DNA of 64,000 bases from Monocercomonoides exilis PA203 (Eukaryota; Protista; Preaxostyla). Within the stretch, counting starts at the first letter, position 1. Each line of letters opens with the position of its first letter. Positions 58,200 through 64,000 of this stretch are shown here, in pieces. The stretch covers positions 310,001-374,000 of the forward strand of contig LSRY02000064.1 in the NCBI GenBank assembly GCA_001643675.2, in the 5' to 3' direction. The notes below the pieces were generated by a model, which saw only the letters and a program-made list of their open reading frames with translations, was not told the origin of the DNA and made no database searches. The translations under genes were made by a program, and so were the position numbers.

Positions 58200-60633
58200 A
58201 TGGAAACGCAAGCATCTGTTACTAATTATATCTCTCGAAGAATTGAAGTCCTTGTGTTGATTGTTGCTTCAATACTGGCATTTCTTCCTCGTCTGCTGTC
58301 AGTTTTGAGATACGAAGCAGGTTTGATATTTTTTCATTTAACAAAACATTAAATGAAAAATGTTGATTTTCTATTCCAAAATTACATTGCATCAAATGAC
58401 TTGATGATTTTTATTTGCGTAATATCGCTGATTAGTTATTCATGAATTTGATCCATATTTTAACTATCGTTCGTCTCAATATCTTGTTGACGAAGGTATC
58501 TACAAGTTCCACAACTGGTTTGATGAGCGTGCATGGTATCCTCTCGGTCGTATTGTCGGAGGAACAGTTTATCCAGGACTTATGTGGAGTGCTGCTCTTG
58601 TGTACAAATTTATGGAATGGATTGGGTTTCCAGTTGATGTAAGAATTTCTTGCATTTTAGTTTCCCCAATATGGGCCTCGATGACTGTTCTTGTTACGTA
58701 TGCCCTCACGAAAGCTGTGTGGAATAGGCATGCTGCACTTATAGCAGCAATGCTTGTTTCAATTGTTCCCGGATATATGTCACGTTCAGTTTCTGGTTCA
58801 TTTGATAATGAATGCATTTCTATTTTTGCATTGCTTTGGGTATTTTATTATTGGATTCGATCAGTCCAAACTGGTTCTATGTGGATGGCACTTTTATGTG
58901 CAGGCGCTTATTTTTATATGGCTTCGGCTTGGGGAGGATATGTGTTTATTATTAACCTTATTCCTTTGTATGTTCTTGTGATGTTGATTTTTGGCCGTTA
59001 TTCACGACGTCTTCATATTGCATACACATCGTTTTATGTGATGGGAATTCTTTCATCAATGCAGATCCAATTTGTTTCATTTATGCCCGTGCAATCAGGA
59101 GAGCATCTTGCATCATTTGGCATATTTGGACTGATGACGTTGATCGCTTTTCTTTTATTCTTGTACCGCTCTATGAGCAGAGAAGACTTCATGAAAACTT
59201 TGAAAGTTGGAGCATCTATCCTTGGAGGAGTAGCCTTTGTTGCAATGATTGGTTTGTATTACACTGGATATATCACTCCTTGGACAGGAAGATTTTACAA
59301 TTTGTTGCATCCAACGTATGCTAAATCTCATATTCCCATTATTGCATCTGTCTCCGAACATCAGCCAACAGCATGGCCTCACTTCTTTTTCGATCTGCAC
59401 TTGAACTCGCTTTTGTTTATCGCAGGAATTTACTTTATCTTCAAAAAAGTTAAGGAAGAGAAGTCAGTTGCCACAGCAGAACACGATCACGATGCTGCGG
59501 AGGTTGAGGCGAGAAAGGAGCAAGCAGCAAAGAATGATGGATTAATGTTTGTTGCTGTGTACAGTTGTGCTTCGCTTTATTTCTCAGGCGTGATGGTTCG
59601 TCTTATGCTTGTTTTGGCACCTGCCGCTTGCATCGTGGGTGCTATTGCAATTTCTGAGATTCTTTCCGTTATTGCTCGTAGAGCAATGAGATTTGCCAAT
59701 GGTTCACGCGTTGGTTTGAAAAATTCAACAGATACTGCAACAATCAACAGCACCATTACTAAGAACGAAGCAAATTCTGTGACAAAGAGCATCAATTCGA
59801 CCGAGTCATCTTCAGCGTCTCGAAGCTCATCAGATTCGAATCGTCTTCCTATTAGAAGAACAACTTCAAAGCCAAAAAGCTTGATTTCTCTTCAGACAGT
59901 TCTTCCGTTCGTATCCTTAGGAATTGTGAGCGTATTTTTGATGATTTATGGCCTGCATTGCATATGGGTGACATCAAATGCATACTCATCACCTTCAATT
60001 GTGTTTGCGTGGTATACAAATGATGGAACTCGCGTGATGATTGATGATTTCAGAGAGGCATACTCATGGCTGCGTCACAACACAGACGTGAACGCTAAAG
60101 TGATGTCATGGTGGGATTACGGGTATCAGATTACTGCGGTTGCCAACAGGACCGTCATTGTGGATAACAACACCTGGAACAACTCACACATTGCTACCGT
60201 TGGTACAGCTATGTCATCAACAGAAGAAGACGCATGGCCAATTTTGCAATATCTTGATGTTGATTATATTCTTGTGCTGTTCGGTGGAATGAGCGGTTAT
60301 TCTGGCGATGATGTGAACAAATTCCTGTGGATGGTTCGTATTGGTGGCGGAGTGTTCCCAAGAATTGTAGAGGCAGACTATTTGAGCAAGCGGGGCGAGT
60401 ACCGTGTTGACAGCGAGGCTGGTCCAGCGTTCTTGAATTGCATTTTGTACAAAATGTGCTACTACAACTTCGGACAGATTACCACACGTGCTGATAAGCC
60501 AGCCGGGTTCGATCTTGCAAGAAACCAAGTCATCGGAAACAAGGATATCTCATTTGAACATCTGGAAGAAGCATACACAACTCAGAGATGGATTGTGAGA
60601 ATTTTCAAAGTGAAGAAGGAAGAAACTTTCTAA
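58200..60633 (+). CDS. STT3: Oligosaccharyltransferase catalytic subunit STT3 (~772 aa)
   Basis: Exon 1 (58200-58320) and intron 58321-58435 (GTTTGA..TTAG) give RLLSVLRYEA|VIHEFDPYFNYR. Also SGSFDNE, IIASVSEHQP, WWDYG, DNNTWN, DVNKFLWM and multiple TM helices. Confidence 0.98.
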
Positions 60634-61034
60634 TATCGTTAAACACATTCTTGAATCAAATCTCTCCATATTTTTTTTATCTCTTTTTGATCACATTATT
60701 TGCCTTGCGTATCATGTCAACAATATTTGAACTTATTCTATTTTTCTTTGATGATTTAAAATAGTGAGCCTTCTATTTCCAGTCATTATGTTTATTTTTA
60801 TTTCTTCAATTTGGAAAAAAATTATTTTTTTTAATAAATATAATGTAAGTTACAAAAAGGTGAAAACAAACTGCTTCAACAGTTTGCTGTAATTGCTTGC
60901 CATTTGAAATTTTTGGCTTTTTATGTTCCTATTCACAATCACATAAAAATTAAAAAAAAGTTATAATTTTTGCTTTCTCAGTTTTCATAGGTTAGCATTT
61001 AGCACGTTCCACCTTTTTGACAAACTTTGACAAT

Positions 61035-62733
61035 TCATAATTCAGGAGAAGAAGGAAGCGAGGGTGGCTGTGAATGAGGTGGTGAAGGAAAATCTTCAGA
61101 TGCTTCATCCTCAAATTCAGCATCAATCTGATTTTGCATTTGCTGGACTGGCTGATATCCTGCAAATATTCCTGAAAAAGGAGCACTGACGTTTGAATCT
61201 GAATTTTTGTGTTGATTTAACAGTGAAGGAATTACAAAAGCAGGAGGAGCGCTTCTATTTTGATTATAAGGACAAAAATCAGAAAACTTTGGTCTGAACA
61301 TTTTTGGATCAAATTCGGATGAAACAGATAATGAAAGACCATTCGATAAAGCAGAAGAAGCAGAATCATTATGAAATGATGCAAAATCGAGAGAAAAATC
61401 AGACTGATTCAGTGAGGATGATGACGAAGATGATAAAATTGAAGATTTTGATGATTCATTCGCTTCTGTTTCAGACGGCAAAGAGGAAGAAGCAGCAGAC
61501 TTTCGTGGAGCAAGCAGATTTACTCTTTTGAGGAATTCCTTTGAATGTTTGTATTTCTGGTAAAGCGCTGATGAAGGTGTTGGAGGCAGCGGAAACCTGG
61601 GCTTCCTGAGGATAACCAGTGCTGAAAATGGTGATGATAGAATAGACTCGCCGTTTGCTGGTTGTGTGTTGTGCTTTTGTGTTCCTTCAGGCAAAGGCAG
61701 TAAAGATGTTTGTGCATAATTTGATGTTATAGAAGCACTGCTGTTTTCTTTACTGCTGTCGAGCAAAAAAGCTGGAGGGATTTCTGGATACACAAGCAGC
61801 GGCGATGAAGGCTGCTCCAAATAAGGCTCGTCGTCTCTCATTCGGCGCTCGGCTGCTCTTTCCAACTCGGCAAAAAGAGGAGATAGAGTATTTGATGAAT
61901 GGTTTGGTGGAAGAAAAAAATGACTGCTAAAGGAAGATGGTTGTGCTGTGCTTTGGTAAGGGGGTGCGTTTAATGGCAAGGAAGATTGAAGATTTAATGA
62001 AGGAAATTGAGATGGGCAAGGGTGATGTTGAGATGCGAAAGTTGGATGTGGAAAAGGTTGGACGTCTGAAATAATTGGGGGTGGAACAAGAAAAGGATAA
62101 GGCATTTGAAACGGAAATGAGTCATTCAAAGGCGCATTCACCGGAAAAGTATTGACCGGTAAGAAATATGAAGGAGAATCACTAGGAGGTGCAGAAGCGA
62201 GAGGAAGAGGATTAAAGGCACCAGAAGGAATAGGTGGAGGAAGAGGCTGGAAGGAGATTTCAGAGAAGGAAGGTGGGCGTGATTGTTCGGCTTGTGGTAA
62301 AACAAATGGTTGTATAACATGAGACGAGGAAGAATTAAGTGTATTTTCTTGGATGGAATCTAAATGTAACATAGCTTCATTGCCTGTTGTATACTCTGTG
62401 CTTATTTTATTCATAGTCGAATTATTAGTGCAATTTTCGAGAATAGGTACTCGAGATGCATCAGAATCCGTTTGCATGAGATTCGCATCAGTAGAAGAAA
62501 TTAATTCCGGGTTAGGAACAGAAAGTGGAGGGAAGAAAGAAAGTGGAGGAGACAACGGATAACTCATTGAAGAAAAAGAAGACGAAGAATAGAAAGGATC
62601 TGCACCAGTAGGAAAATTATCGTTTTCCGTTGGATGATACAACAGCTCATTTTGACTGTTTGAAGGATCAATCTCTTTGGGATCTGCACTTTCGTCAAAA
62701 GAAAAGGAAAAAGAGGAAGAGGAAGAGGAGGAG

Positions 62734-62768
<35 letters not shown>

Positions 62769-63900
62769 GGATAATGAAGAGAATAATGATGAAGACAGCG
62801 TGTCTGCCAGATAGCCCTTTTCTATCAGTTTCTTCAGTTGTTGCTGCTGCTGCATCTCTCGTCTCTCTTCGTCTTTCTTCAGAATAAGCTCCCCTCTCTC
62901 ACGCGGAGTCAAAAGTCTCCTCTCCTCTCTGCGCTGCGCCTTCGCCAGCTGCTTCAGAAGTTTCCTTCTCCTCGCCTCTTTCTCCTTTGCTGCAAGTTCT
63001 GCATGTTCCAAGTCGTGCAGTTCGCACTGCAGCTCTTCCACAGTTTTTGGTTCAGTTGCCTTTTTCTCACATTCCTTGCTGTGTTCTCCTCCTCTCTTTC
63101 TTTTTCTGTCTGTTTCGTTGTCTTTTTCTTGACTCTCCTTTTTTGTGGTGTTTTCGTTTCGTAGATGTTCCTCTTCAGCGTCGTCCCACATTTTCGCTTC
63201 CTCCTCGTCTTTAATGTGCCACTTGCGAAGCCAAATTCCAAATTCCTTGTAAAAATTGACCGAGCTGATAATTTCGTTTCTAATGATAAGGCGGCTCTCC
63301 CGTTTCATCTTCCTTTCCTTCCATTCCATTTCTTTGGCCAATTTTGACAGTTCAATATCTGGATCAAATGAATCATCAGATTCTGTGCATTCTCCAGCAA
63401 GGCAACCAGATTTCTGTACCGATGCTTCTAATAAAAGCTTCTTCCTCTCCTCAAACCGCGCCCAATCGATTTCCAATTCTTTTTCCGCTTCTCTTCTAGT
63501 CATGTCGTCTTTGCGCCATTTTTCTGTTACTCTGGACGCAGCATTTCTAACGTCCATGGAACTATCTGCATACCTGTATGATCTATTATGCATTGCAGAA
63601 GATTTTTCAAAAAGAGTGATATGAGAAGGGCCAAATTTAAAAGGATCTTGTAATTTGGATTTTGTTGTTGAAGAAATAAGAGTGGAAAATGATTCTGTTG
63701 AAAGCTTATCAGAAGAATCAGAGTCTTCAGAATAGTCATTATCCAAACCACTTACAGAAATTGAAAAAGGAACTTTCGAGGACTCTGTAAATGAAGATGA
63801 GCAATCAAGAGAATTTAAAGGCTTTTCATGAATGGATTGTGGTTCAAAACGAAAAATTGAGGATGTTAACTTGCTATATTCGTTTGACTTTTCATTCTCT
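61035..63900 (-). CDS. Hypothetical low-complexity protein (coiled-coil N-half, S/P-rich C-half); 5' end uncertain
   Basis: 903-aa ORF starting at a non-ATG codon, with the frame open upstream to ~63930, so it is probably spliced to exons at or beyond the window edge. Poly-Ser at ~62700-62790. No recognisable domain. Confidence 0.55.
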
Positions 63901-64000
63901 AAAAAGAATAAAGAGCTAAAAATGCGAAAGAATTACTTATTTTGCACACCACCACACAAAGAAAATGGCTTTGAATAAGAAGAAGATGAATTTCTTTTCA

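Noticed and set aside
1-64000. Alternative genetic code (TAA/TAG = Gln, as in some oxymonads)
   Set aside because: Conserved genes (eIF5A, STT3) end in TAA at the expected positions, and multi-kb ORFs are open in the standard code.

Overview
AT-rich eukaryotic (protist) genomic DNA read in the standard genetic code, with short GT-AG introns. Gene families and style resemble an oxymonad such as Monocercomonoides; this is an inference, not a database result. Housekeeping genes: RNA Pol III subunit RPC5, a UBL-UBA protein, an OSCA/TMEM63-like channel, eIF5A, a solitary 5S rRNA gene and STT3. Accessory content has four parts. (1) A complete Merlin/IS1595-family DNA transposon (26-bp TIRs, perfect 8-bp TSD, intact DDE transposase) inserted in the last codons of a host gene. 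(2) Two intergenic islands filled with shared families of AT|GG...CC|AT MITEs, including a nested copy and inverted pairs. (3) A legumain homologue lacking both catalytic residues, head-to-head with STT3. (4) Three related signalling-type genes: a ~6370-aa single-pass beta-helix receptor with no kinase, a 3043-aa receptor of the same family with a C-lobe-only pseudokinase, and an N-myristoylation-motif cytoplasmic protein with the same half-kinase. This trio resembles the plant RLP/RLK/RLCK architecture. The receptor genes show signs of module-level recombination: an identical GC-rich 402-bp block in two otherwise diverged modules, and a sharply bounded G-rich tract.
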